Assembly: GCF_009914755.1 (NCBI RefSeq)
Contig: NC_060937.1
Strand: one strand, 5' to 3'
Origin: the human T2T-CHM13v2.0 reference genome, Homo sapiens
DNA: 64,000 nt
In this document: positions 1-12,809 of the stretch, one piece after another
Position numbering within the stretch: position 1 is the first letter of the stretch
How the letters are laid out: each line of letters opens with the position of its first letter
Notes under the pieces: model-generated
The model's input: only the letters and a program-made list of their open reading frames with translations
The model's database searches: none
What the model was told of the DNA's origin: nothing
Position numbers and translations under genes: made by a program

Positions 1-60
1 CTGCACTCCAGCCTGAGTGACAGAGTGAGACCCCCCATCCCAAAAAAAAAACAAAAACAA
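1..60 (+). mobile_element. Alu 3' end (truncated by window edge)
   Basis: CTGCACTCCAGCCTGAGTGACAGAGTGAGAC followed by A-rich tail. Confidence 0.95.
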
Positions 61-278
61 GTATTTTCATTATTTGTACTGTGGGGGGCGGGGTGGCAAA
101 GTCTGTGTGTGATGATGGTGGATTTGGGACGGTGATTGTCCACAGCACAGGTGAAGCCACTATGCAGAGGGAAAAATCTCTCCCAGATGCCCCAGCACAC
201 AGGAACACACACTCTCACGCTTGCACACACGCACCACTGGTCATTATTAAATCGATGTGATTAATATGTGCACGGACA

Positions 279-578
279 GGCCAGGTGCAGTGGTTCATGC
301 CTGGAATCCCAGCACTTTGGGGGGCCGAGGTGGGTGGATCACAAGGTCAGGAGTTCAAGACCAGCCTGATCAACATGGTGAAACCCCATCGCTACTAAAA
401 ATACAAAAATTAGCCAGGTGTGGTGGCGGGCACCTGTAATCCCAGCTACTCAGAAGGCTGAGGCAGGAGAATCACTTGAACCCAGGAGGTGGAGTTTGCG
501 GTGAGCTGAGATCACGCCACTGCCCTCCAGCCTGGGCAACAGAGCAAGACTCTGTCTCAAAAAAAAAAAAAAAAAAAA
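279..578 (+). mobile_element. Full-length Alu, AluS (Sg-like)
   Basis: Dimeric Alu with poly-A; TSD GTGCACGGACA/GTGCACAGACA. Confidence 0.95.
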
Positions 579-869
579 GGGTGCACAGACAATATAGAAA
601 GCCCCTGAGGAGCAGATGTTTGCAGCCTCTGTGAAACTATCTGGTATAGAAGCTTTCCTATTTTTCTCTGGGAACAGTGATGTCACAACTCTGCAGAAGC
701 ACCTCCAACAGAAGCCGAATCAGAGACCCGGGGAGGCCTGTGCAAAATGCTCTTCTCCCGGGCAGGTCCCAGCCCAGGCTACCGTTAATATGTAAACACC
801 GAGAGCTAGAATGACCAGGAGGCAAAGGGAAAGAGAGCTAATTAGATAAACCTTCATGCTTACAACCCC

Positions 870-1150
870 ATTAGTTAATTAAATGATCACTTTACTGTGC
901 AGAAAGTGAGCTGTCAGACTAATCCAAGTGTTACCAGCTTTATGGGGTCCGTGGGCCCTTTACAAGCTTCCTCTGCTCCCAAGTGTCAAATTGGGGCTGT
1001 ATTGATAGATAAAAGCAACATCGAGCTGCTCTGATTGCGGCCTTTCCCTTCGATATCTTTATACTGTGCTATAAAAGCCTATTATACTTAATTTAAAGAG
1101 TGAAAATTGTTGACATCTCTTTCAATTGCTAATCTTTAGGAAACAATGAA
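870..1150 (+). repeat. Ancient AT-rich conserved-type element, copy 1 (possibly MER121)
   Basis: Collinear homology to 4440-4715: CAAGTGTCAAATT, TAAAAGCCTAT, TGAAAATT and GGAAACAAT all at offset 3564-3565. Family name is from memory only. Confidence 0.65.
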
Positions 1151-2062
1151 TGGAATATTATTTGAAAGGAATAAAGTGCTCGCTTTATTGGAGAGTAGTA
1201 AAAATCTAATAGTTGGCAAAACAATATGGTGTTTACTCTTCAAGATAGTTGGGTTTATTAGCTTAAGCGATTGAGAGCATTTTACAGTCAGCCTCAGCCC
1301 TCTTGTGTTTAGGTTTTACTTGGGTTAGAGCACCCGAGCTTTTATTTGTTGTCGTTGTTGTTGTTTTCCTTTTCTTTCTTTTTTTCTTTACTCTTTCTTA
1401 CTCCCCTCCTCCCACCTGGAAAAAGATCAAGGATGACACTTTTAAGGAACCCGTTAGCAAATATGCCATATATTCATTGAGCCAAAAAATATCCTGCAAG
1501 TGAAAAACATGTTTTGTCAGATGCTAAATCCTTCATGGGTGGAATGTTCTGAAATGACAACTCACCAGGGCAGGAGGCCGGGAGCTCAAAAGTGTTATGG
1601 GGTCTGGGAGCCAGGGCAGTGGATCTGTGAGTACGCACTGCCCTGACCCCACCCCACAGCACACACACGCACACACTCCACCACGGAAGGGGAGGGCTCG
1701 AGGCTGAGTTAGAGCTTCTGCCAGCCCCGAGAAGGCTCTGGGTCACCTGTGTCCCTCTATTCAGCACAGAGGGCCCACCTGCCTGCATCCTCCACCTCCT
1801 GGCGTCCCGGGAGGGCAAGGACTTTAGTACTTGATACGTGATTCAGTTACGTCCTGGGAGCCCAGGAGGGAGCTTAGCACCCAGGTGTTTAATAAGCACT
1901 TCTAGAATGAGGTAGGAAGTAAGGAGACACTGAACCAGAGAAAGTGTGACTTTTCACATTTGAGACTTAGGGCTCTTGGTTTTCACACACAGGGTCAGGT
2001 ATCAGGGGCCCAGCCAGTAGTTCCCCAATCTGAGCGCGTGAACGCTGCTGCACACTCCCTGA

Positions 2063-2398
<336 letters not shown>

Positions 2399-4439
2399 AA
2401 ACACACTTTTAACAAGCACACCAGCCAACTGCAAATGTTCAAATAACTTGGTTTCAGCAGAGGCTACTTTTCTCCCGTGGCCAGGTGCAGAGAGGCCGAT
2501 GTGCACATCTGCTGCTAAGCTCCACCTGGGGTTTCCTGCTGCCAGGCTGTGGGTTCCAGGAAGGCCTGGCCCAGGACCCTAAATCTTTGCCATCTCTGCC
2601 TCTAGTGGCCCTGCAGAACTCGAATCGGGAATAAAGACCGCAGCACCAAGGCACACACAGGTGAAGCCCAGGTGACAGGTTGTGCCAGCTCCTGCTCATG
2701 CTCCCTGTTGCTAGGGATTGTGAAACAGGCAGGGGCGACCAGCCCCGTGCCAGCCCAGCGGTCTAAATGTTCCAAAGGTGACAAGGCCCAAGGCAGGGCC
2801 TCTTGAATAAGCCCCCATGAGTCTGATCACTCACGCCAACAGAAGCTGCTTATCTCTTGAACTTTCAGCCTGCTAATTCCAACCAAGGTACATATCGCTT
2901 AGCTTTGGGCAATAAAAAGAAAAAAAGTGTGTTTATCTGCTGTAGCTAAATCCAGTCTCTCCCAGATGACTCTGCTGTAGGGCTATTTCCTTGTTCTCCA
3001 AGTTCCAGTTTCTATAGTCAAGGCCAGCCAAAGAGCACAGCTCACCCAATGGCCTGAGAACTTGGCCAGCCCGAACGCCCTGAGCCCAGTTACCCAGAGG
3101 CCCCATCCAAGATCACAGCCAAAGTCAGGAGCTGGTGCTCCGGAGGCCATTGGCTTCCAGGCCCTCCATCCCATAAATAATGGGTTGCTGGTCAACCGGA
3201 ATTCAAAAGGGGTTGATGTTATCTGAGTAAACCCCTTGTTGAAGCCAGATAGGGCCTTCGGGGTGTCTGCAAAGACTAGAGCCCAAAAAAGCCTCCACCT
3301 GACACTGAGTTAGGACCTAGAGTCCCAGTGGCACAGACCAGTCCTGAACCAGCCCACGACACCCCTGCTGCTACCATCTCCTCCCTGCCCTGGGACCTGG
3401 GATCTGGTTGTCAGCACCGCCATGCAGGGGAAATGGATCGGCAACAAGCAGAATGTCCATGCTTCCCCGTGGCCCTGGAGAGAAGGGGCCAGATGGAGAA
3501 TGAGCCAGCTTTTGGCAAACACATGGACTCAATGTTCTGGAGTCTGCCCCTCACTAGGAGTCCATTCCAGGCCTAAGGCAGCTCACCTTGGCTCTGTTTG
3601 GTTTTGCCATTGACAGAGGCTCGGATCAACTGTGGACACGTGGGAAGGGTGGAGTGGGGACAAGGACACCGCGCTGGCTATTCCTTAGCACAGCAGCCCC
3701 AGAGGTGCATCTTCACAGAGGAGGTGCCATGGCCCCACTGTCCAAGGGCCAACCCTCTCTGCTCAGCCCTCGTGCCAACTCCCACCTTGGTCAAAGGCGG
3801 ACAAGGGCCCTGTAGATCCTCGTGTGTGAAGCGAGTCATTTTGCTGGGATGGAGCTGCTCAGATACAGGCTACCACCCAGGGTGCCCCCTTGCAGTGTGG
3901 CACCGAGCACAGCCATCTTTTAGAAACACGTCAGTGCTTGAGGTGAATCAGCTGAATTGTGGTTTGGCAGTTATATTTTCTCCAGAAGCAGCATGATTGG
4001 ACAACAGGTGCGACTGTCTGCAGAAAGCAAAGGCCCCACCAGGGCATCTAGAAAAAAGGGTTGGTTTCCACAGCACCAGAAACAGCAGCCTTTAGGCACC
4101 CAGGGCCCCGGACCTAGAGAGATCTGGGGACCAGAATGGGTGATGGGCTGGGAATGCAGCCCTGGGTCTACCTGTCCCTGTTCCTGCCCCTGGGCACCAG
4201 GTGGTCCCAGCATGCAGACTCCCACCCTGGCTGTGCCCTGCCTTAAGGAGAAGGGAAGGGAGGGGGGCCTCCCACACAGATTTCTTTGGCCCAGTGGCAC
4301 ATCTCATTGTCTCCTCACTCAGCATCCACTGAAGGCTCAGATACTGCGGGGCATTAATGATGCTGTAAGGTAATAAGGCCAGACGCTGCTCGTGTGAGAG
4401 CAAGCACTTGATAAAAGGGAGATTTACAGCCACATCCAT

Positions 4440-4715
4440 CAACTTAATTATCTTTTACTAGAGTTTAAACTTAGTAGTAATCCTAATCTCTATTTAGTAC
4501 GGTTTACAGGATCTATGGACACTTTACAATCTTCCTCTATTGGCAAGTGTCAAATTATGGCAATATTGATAAAACGGTGGAGTAAATGGGAGGTGAGACA
4601 ACTCCAGAACCAGCTAATATGCATTTTACTGCACTGTAAAAGCCTATGACTCTCTGATTTCAGATGAAAATTTGTAGCCAATAATCAGAGCTGATAATGT
4701 TTCGGAAACAATTCT
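4440..4715 (+). repeat. Ancient AT-rich conserved-type element, copy 2 (possibly MER121)
   Basis: Homologous to 870-1150 with constant spacing of the shared blocks. Confidence 0.65.
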
Positions 4716-6358
4716 ATGGGTCATAAAAGTCCCCTTCATGGCCTTCTACAACATGGACCTGACCATGAGTAGCGGGGAGCGTGGGGCGTGAGCAGGCTCC
4801 CTCCTGATGGCCTGCTGCCTTGGCCAAGGACAGGGCTGGGGGCCTTTGATGCTCTTCCACAGGAAAGGGTGCTGGACCACCCTGACCCCGGGCCACCCGA
4901 CTCACCTGCTTCTAGCAACCTGTGTGGGCTTCTCTTGCAAAGAGACCGTTTTCCAGAGGACCTCATAGGAAAAAGCCTGCTACACTTTCCAAGGGATAGG
5001 ATAAAGGAGCAGCTGGACCAGTTGCCCTTGGACTGTCTCCAGCCAGCTAGGCAGCCACATAGAGGGGATCTTAGGGCCAATATTATGGCTTTGAGCCCAG
5101 TACACCTGAAAAGAACCAGTGCCTTCACAGAAGTCACTCTATTTCTTTCTAATCCACTGACCTTTTGCTGTCAGCCCTGCCCATTTTCCCTAATACCGCT
5201 TGACAGTGTTCAGTTTAGACTTTCTCTATCTGGAAAACAGTGTCAAAATCATTGATGCTTCCTGACTTGAGTTACTTGGTACTAAGACCATAGTGCGCCC
5301 TAAGGCAAAAATGCAGTTTTCAAACAGACGTTCCCTCTGGGACTGAGGGGCTGTCCTCAGAGACCTTTGCTGGTTCCGGAGGAAGGAGCCTGCAGTGGTG
5401 CCTCCCTCTCAGCCCCTAGGACCTCCCCAGGGCCAATGTCACTTGGAGGTTCTGGGACTGGCTCAGCCTACAGGGCCGCCTCGAGCCCATATGGTGATTT
5501 GGTAGCTCTAGGAAAAGACCTCCTTTCTTGATGTGGATGTCGCCTATGGCCACACATGCTTTGATCATCTAGGCTGGAGGGCAGGCCTCCCTTGCACCAC
5601 CCTTGGCGGAAGCTCTGGCTTCAGCCTCTCTCCAGACATTGAGTGTCTCAGTGAAGAAAGTCTGGCTTGGAGTCTGTAGCCCAGAGACCCCAGCTTGGCT
5701 GTTGGCTCTCTGGTTCTATTTTTCCTTTTCTTTTTCCAAAATACTTCTTTTTCCGGGTATCTTCTCTCTAAAGCTTTCCAAGCCTGATCCAGTCCAAAGC
5801 TGGTCCTTCAGTCCCTGTGACAACCCCACAGCACCCCTGGGAAGCGTTTACGGAACGAGGGTGTGCTTTCACCTTCCCACACAGAGTTAGAAGATGGAGC
5901 CCTGGGCCCCAGCCATGCCTGGAGCTGGGAGACGGGGTGTGTTTCTAAGCCCCGGATTGTCACTATTTGTGCACTTGTGGCTGGATCCAGGTGCTGGAGC
6001 TTGAGGTCAAAGAGGTGTCTGGGGAGACAATGGCATTTCACAGAGCAAGGGTCCAGATTAGAGCACAATGTGGGGAGCACATGGCATGATCCCTGACTCA
6101 TAGCTCCAGAGCCACCGCTACCACACAATCCATCCATTTGAGGGAGGGGAGCAATGTCGAATCAAATTAGAGTGCTATCTGGCATTCTCACCTGAATGGG
6201 ATTAGTTTATCAACTGGCTTTCCAAGAGGCCCCAGGGCACATAGCAGGTGCATTAAAGGGAGATGAATGGAGGGGAAGACAGTCTGCCTTGCCAAAGAAG
6301 TCCAGCCCAGTGGAAGGCGGGGTAGGTAGGGGGGAGGTACGAGAGCACCACCACAGAG

Positions 6359-6487
6359 AAAAATCAGGGTGCTCAGGGAAAGGGGAGGCCCTCCGAAAGT
6401 GGGGAGAAGGAGCTCTGAGGGCAGAAACACAGGCTAAGGAAGCAAAGCCATCTTCGCAAATGTCCTTGGGATCCGCTTTACAACCTG
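6359..6487 (+). repeat. Dispersed direct repeat, copy A (~130 bp)
   Basis: AAAAATCAGGGTGC...GGCAGAAACACAG...ACAACCTG is shared with 7149-7281. Confidence 0.85.
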
Positions 6488-7148
6488 CCCAGGACAACAG
6501 GGACTATAAAGTAGCTCCTTAATATTTTATTTTGCTGAGGACAGACTCCGGCAGTGTCACAAGTTGCCTGGATGCATGCATTATCATTGCCAGAACATTT
6601 TTGATATCCTCAAAGTCATTCCTGAAACAGGTGGAGGCCTCAGGGTCCATCCATCTGGCCTGACACCGACCGGGTGGCAAGGAAGGCCAGGGGCCAGGTG
6701 AGTTGCAGAGAAAGCTCCGGCAAAGTGAGGGATTTCTGGAAAGTCAGAGAAACTTCTTTTAACTCAGGAGAGAATCTTTCCCTTTGTCTCTCTCTTTCCA
6801 AAAAAAAAAAAAAAAAAAAAAAGCATTTTAGTGATAAGAAAGTTTCCAATTTCCACTCATCATGAGACATATTAAAAGGACATTCTCAAAGATTGTCAAG
6901 GCAATTGTAGTTAAAAGTCAACAATGGCTGGAAATAAAGTCAATACAATTTCTCTACCTGAAAATATAAGTGTTCTAGAGATGATTTATTTGATTTATTT
7001 GGCCATAAATTATTCCCATGCACAGGTATTTCCTTATTTTCATTGTACAAATTTTAAAATTAATGTCATTTGTATGAACTGAATAGGTATTGAAGTGCTC
7101 AGGTACTTTCAGATCTTAAATATATACATTTAAAATATATATACGTTT

Positions 7149-7281
7149 AAAAATCAGGGTGCCCAGGGAAAAGGGAGACCCTCTGAATGGGGAGAAGGGA
7201 GTTTTGAGAGGCAGAAACACAGATCGAAGGGAGCAGTGTCCTTGTCTTCCCAAGTGTCCTTGGAGTCTGCTTGACAACCTG
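7149..7281 (+). repeat. Dispersed direct repeat, copy B (~130 bp)
   Basis: Aligns to 6359-6487 at ~790 bp offset. Confidence 0.85.
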
Positions 7282-9150
7282 ATCCCAAGGAAGTATGTCC
7301 CATTATCAGTGGAAACTGGATACTTTCTTATCACTTAGAATCCTTTTTTTAAAAAAAGAGGCAAATCATTTTTATAAATGTACAATGTACATAAAAAAAT
7401 AAACATCTAAAACTGCCAACATGAGGGTGGGCTAGCCATTGGATTTAGGGGCAGGAATAGCTTAGGAGCCCCAGTTGGTTTCACAAATGATACAAGGAAC
7501 AAAGGGCTCCAGGCAAGGGGAGAAAAAGGCGTCCATCAAGCCAATTTGTTTGCCTGTGTGCAAGGAGGCAAGAAGTCATTTCGGGATTCCGCCCTATCTT
7601 ATCCACCCTATCTTATCAGGTGGTAAATCTGTCCTTTGATCTTGTCAACAATGTGGAAAGTTGGAGACAGCTGCCACCACCCCTAGTCAGCAGTGCCTCA
7701 CCAACCCTCATAAAACATTTATGAAACCTGTAATAAACAGGCTGATAAGGAAGAGGGCTCAAGATTTCAAAAGTCAGCAGCTCCACAGAAAATGCCCTTC
7801 TCTACCGTCAAGGTTTCTTTATTTGAAGAGCAAACACAAACCATCAATTCCCACTGGCCATAAAGTTTCTGAGCAAAGAGTTTCACCAAACCCTGAGATT
7901 AGCAGAATTTGTTTGGAGTCTTACCCATGTTCAGAAACCACCTCCCCTCCCCTTCCCGAAATTCTCCACGTGGAGAAGGGCATAGAGGGCTGGGATGAGA
8001 AGAATGCAGTCAGGGAGAAATAAAGAGCCATTTGATGCCCCAAAGTAAACGACTATTCTATCATTGAGTCTGGAAAAGAGAAGAAGGCGTAGCATTTTAG
8101 TAGCACGTTGTAAAATATAACTTTGGGCATATTCAAACTTCTGCTTTGTTTTCTGGGAAAATCAACTGAGCTCTCTCTGAGTTGAGCAGGAGTAGACAGA
8201 GTCCTAAACATGCCCCCACTCTCTGGGAATTTTCTCAGTTGACCTTTCTGAACAAGTGTCAGAGGAGTTGAGCTGCTTAAACCAGAGGTCTTAGAAAATG
8301 GGGAAGTAAGGAAAGCCTTGAGAGCAGGGTGACTGGACAGTCTTCAGGACAGTCTTCAGGGGAATGCTAATATGCTTCAGGGCAATGAATGTTGCTGCTG
8401 GCAGACCACAGTAGAAGGAGGTGCACTATACGCATCTGTTGCATGAGGAATAGGTGAGCCAGAGAAAGCATGGATGATGCTACAGGCAGGCAAGCAAAGA
8501 TAAACAGTGCATGAGCTGAGGGAGAGAAAACAGAGGAAATGTACATTCCATACAAGCACACTTTTACCTAGTGCCTTGCTTTCAAGATGATAAAAGGCAA
8601 CAAAAGCAAAGGATCACAGAATTGACTGGGGAAAAAATTCCAGGTCTTTCATCTCTTCTGCCCCAGCCAACCGGTGGCCAATTAAAGAAAAAGAAAGACA
8701 AGGACCCTCAAGGCGGCCTAATGAGCAAACCCTAGAGGCTGAGCAGCTCCCCTGCATAGAAAGCCTCTCTCCTGAACATGCCCATGCTAGCAAATGTTTC
8801 CCTGCATCCTCCTCAGAGAGCGCCTTCAGAGATGCTCATCTCCTCTCTCTCTCCGTCCTCCACACTTGCCTCATTGCCTAAAAAAAGGAAATCCTTACGA
8901 ACCCTTACACACTGGCCCCTGATCTGTGTGGAGTGCCCTGTGCTTCTCTGTGTGTTTTCCATGTCAGTTTTTCTGTGTTCAGGAGTGGAGGCAACCACTG
9001 TTTGACCCTGTAAGGTGCCTGCCTGAGCACCCTTTGGGCACCTGGAGCTGATGAGAAGGGTGGTCCAGGGAATAGTGCTAAAAGTTGGGGACTGGGGGAG
9101 CTCCTGCCCACATGATCAGGTCATGCACTTGCCCAACAACACCCAGCAGA

Positions 9151-9765
9151 GGGCTCCATGGGCAGGTGGGTGGAGGGGACTCTATGGATAGGTAGGGTGG
9201 GCTCCATGGGCAGGTGAGATCCATGGGCGGGGTGGGGGGTGCTCCATGGGGAGGTGGAGGGTGCTCCATGGGCAGGTAGAGGGTGCTCCATGGGCAGGGG
9301 GGTGGGCTCCATGGGCAGGTGAGATCCATGGTCAGGGGGGTTGCTCCATGGGAAGGTGGGGGGTGCTCCATGGGCAGGTGAGATCCATGGGCAGGGGGGT
9401 TGCTCCATAGGGAGGTGGGGGGTGCTTCATGGGCAGGTGAGATCCATGGGCAGGGGGGTTGCTCCATGGGGAGGTGGGGGGTACTCCATGGGCAGGTGGA
9501 GGGCATTCCGTGGGGAGGTGAGGGGTGCTCCATGGGGAAGTGGGGGGTGCTCCATGGGGAGGTGGGGGGGTGCTTCATGGGCAGGGGGTGGGCTCCATGA
9601 GCAGGTTGGGGGGTGCTCCATGGACAGATGGGGCAGGCTCCATGGGTATGTGGGCTCCATGGGCAGGTAAGCTACATGGCTAAGTGGGTTGGGCTCCACA
9701 GGTAGATGGGCTCCATGCGCAGGTGGGCAGGTGGGCAGGTAGGGAGGGCTCCATGGGCAGGTGAG
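9151..9765. repeat. G-rich minisatellite/VNTR, core GCTCCATGGG(C/G)AGGTG
   Basis: About 30 variant units of ~17-25 bp, each with CCATGG and G-runs. Confidence 0.95.
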
Positions 9766-11303
9766 ATTCAGTGGGCCTCAGCGTTGAGGTCACTGGGGCT
9801 GAGGATGCATGCACCTGGGCAAGTAGAAACAGCAGACATGAGGCTCAACTGTCACTGGGGACCAAGGACAAGCAGCTGGGGGTGTTGAAGATGTCCCAAA
9901 GTGCTGGTCATCAGCATCAGTCAACAGTGGTTTGGCGAAAAGCCTCCAAGGTAGGGGACAGGCATGGACTCAACCTATAAGATGTAGGACCCGTTTAATT
10001 AATAGGCCATGTTATTTAGGTTTATATCTGAAGTGTACCCAAGTGATTCTGAGACCAGGGACTAGAGTCTATTTTCATGGGGAATCCAGCCCAAGGAAGC
10101 ATTAGTCTTTCAGAAAACCCACTCTGTTGGGCCATTTCCTGTCCACCACTATCTCTGGGCCAGAGAACTCCAGTGCTGTGAGCTGCAACCCCAAGGAGAG
10201 GGGAGTGCTGGTCTCTCAGAAAGGGCTGTAAGGGAGACAGGATGAGAAGTTCTGGGGACAGCAGTCCCTGTAGCACAGGCACACAGGTTCCTGTTACCCA
10301 GGGCAGGCCCCCAGCATTCTCCACAAGTCAAGAGGCCACGAAGCATGGAGTTCCAAAGCACAAGCCTCTATCAACTGCCTGGATTCTACCCCCAGCTCTT
10401 GCACTTACGACCTTCAACATTCAATTCTGCACTCCAGTTCTCTCATCTGTAAATTGACGGTCATGATGTACGTGTGACATTTAGAGGATTCCATAGTTGT
10501 TAGCCATCGTCATTATTGTCATGGGGTGGCACCAGCACTTTTGCTTATTACTGCTCTGAATAAATAGCTGGTGATTTTCATGTGCTTTGCATGTTCACTA
10601 ACTATTCTGTGTGAAGCCTGGTTTTCACCCTGAAGTTTGGCGTTTCCTGCTTCTTCTCATCCACGCTTACATTTTCAGCCTAGATCTCTTACACACAGCA
10701 ACTTTCTTGCCTGTGGTCTTTCACATTCAACGATCACAAAATACACATTAAGTGGGTGTGGTTATCATCCCCATCTCATGGGCAAGGCTGCCAAGATGTG
10801 CAGTGTCCAGGGTTTCAGAGCACGGCTGGTCGAGGATGGAACCCTGAGCCTGATCTCTGAGGCTCTGACTGTTGACTCCACTCTGACCTTACCTAATGGG
10901 ACGCTCGGAGGACAGGCTGGGTGGGGGAGACCAAAAGGCAGGGATGGTGGTGAGAGGGAGAGCAGGTGCTGTTACAGCAGGTGTAAACTGGAACCAAGGA
11001 CACCTTAGTTAAGAGTAACAAGACCCCAGACTGAACCCCAGGCCAAAGCCAAGGCCAGCAAAATTGCCATGAGATTATGGCTGGATCCTCTTTGCAGATG
11101 AGCTGGGTCAGGGCAGGGCTGGCCAGCATAAGCCTCCAGAGGCCAGGTCACATCACTCCTCTTCTGTGTCCCATCCTCACCCAGACATTTCTGTCCCCAG
11201 CTCACCACCTAGCCCCAGCATGGCATCCCTGCCTTCCTTCCGCACCAGTGTGGGAGTCCATACTCAGGCATGCCTTGTGGGCTTCCAAAAGCTGACATTG
11301 GCC

Positions 11304-11799
11304 ATTTGCACACCCATGTTTTCAGCAGCATTATTTCCAATAGCAGAGCAGGAGAAGTAACCCAAGTGCCCATCAAAGGATGAATGAATCAACAGAATGC
11401 GGGACATGCACACGGTGGGATGTCGTTTCTTAAAAAGGAAGGAAATCCTGGCAGATGCTACTACATGGATGAAATCTGAGGACATTATGCTAAGTGAAAT
11501 AAGCCAGCCACAAAAAGACAAATATTGTATGATTTCGTTTATATAGGGACCCTAGACTAGTCAAATTTACCCACACTGAAAGTAGACTGCTGTTTGCCAG
11601 GGCCTGGAAGGGAGAGGGATGGGAAGTCATTGTTTAATGGGAGCAGAGTTCCAGTGGTGCAAGATAGAGCTCTGGAGATGATGGCGGTGATGGCTGCACA
11701 ACGATGTGAATGTGCCTAATGCCACCGAGCTGCACGCTTAAAAGGGTTAAGGTTGTAAGTTTTACATTATGTGTATTTTATCACAACTTTTAAGAAAAA
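11304..11799 (+). mobile_element. L1 3' end (L1MB-like)
   Basis: CATGGATGAAATCTGAGGACATTATGCTAAGTGAAATAAGCCAG...ACAAATATTGTATGATT, typical old L1 3' region. Confidence 0.9.
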
Positions 11800-12644
11800 T
11801 GTTTGGATGTTGTGTCCAGGCCTCTTTAAACACAGTGGCCTCCACTGTCTGTCCTCTGGGGAAGATTGGCAGCAGGCTCTCTCCCCAGACCTCAAAGCTA
11901 CCCCGTTTTCCCTCACAGCCACCTGCTTGCCGAGCTGAGCATCCTGGCGCAGGGCTGCTTCTACCCCAGGGAAGGGCGCCCTTTCCTAGTTGGTGCAAAG
12001 ATGCCACCTGTGCCCCCAGCCCCTTGCCCATGGGCAGCCTGCCTGGAAGGGCGCCTTCCTCAATTCCTATGAGGGTGGGCCTGCATGTCTGCTTCCTCCC
12101 TACTCAGCTGGAAGTTGCCCAGAGCAGGCACCATTCTCATTTCCCTCTGTATCCCCAGCTGCTCCTGCTGAGCCTTGCACACAGTTCATGCTTAAAAGAC
12201 ACTTGAGGAAGGGAGAAGAGAAGGAAGCCAGGGAACGAGGGAGGGAGACAGAGGAATGGAGAGATGGGTAGAAGGGATGGATGGAGGGGAGATACAACAA
12301 TAGCAATGGGTATCAATCTCCACTTTACATGCATAGACACGGCCTGAGAACGGGCGGGCCATGGATGCTGGGGTTTTATTTTAGGACTTGATGTCTCCTT
12401 CCGTTATCTCACTACCCAGAATCCTGAAAGCTGTGGTGGACTAAGAAGGTGCTCAGATCCCCAGGTGCCTGTCCTGATGTGGCGGCCTCAGGGCTCGGCT
12501 GCCCCTCTGTAGCCAATGACCCCGGCAAATACCCCAGTGGCTGTGGAGGTTTAGACCCTCCAAATACCTTTGCTACCCGCCAGTGCCCACTGGGGCCTGC
12601 AGAGAGGCCACTCTTCCTTGACCCCCAGTTGCTTCTTGACATTG

Positions 12645-12809
12645 TATTTATTTATTTACTCATTTATTTTATATTTTTAAAATTTTTTTGTAGAGACAAG
12701 ATCTTGCTATATTACCCAGGCTGGTCTTGAACTCCTGGCCTCACCCAACCTTCCCACCTCAGCCTCCCAAAGTGTTGGGATTACAGGCAGGAGCCACCTT
12801 GCTTGGGCT
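12645..12809 (-). mobile_element. Alu monomer (FLAM-like)
   Basis: Left-arm sequence only, antisense, T-rich tail. Confidence 0.85.

Noticed and set aside
9078-9888. Pro/His- and Gly-rich repetitive ORFs
   Set aside because: Translations of the VNTR; no splice or promoter context
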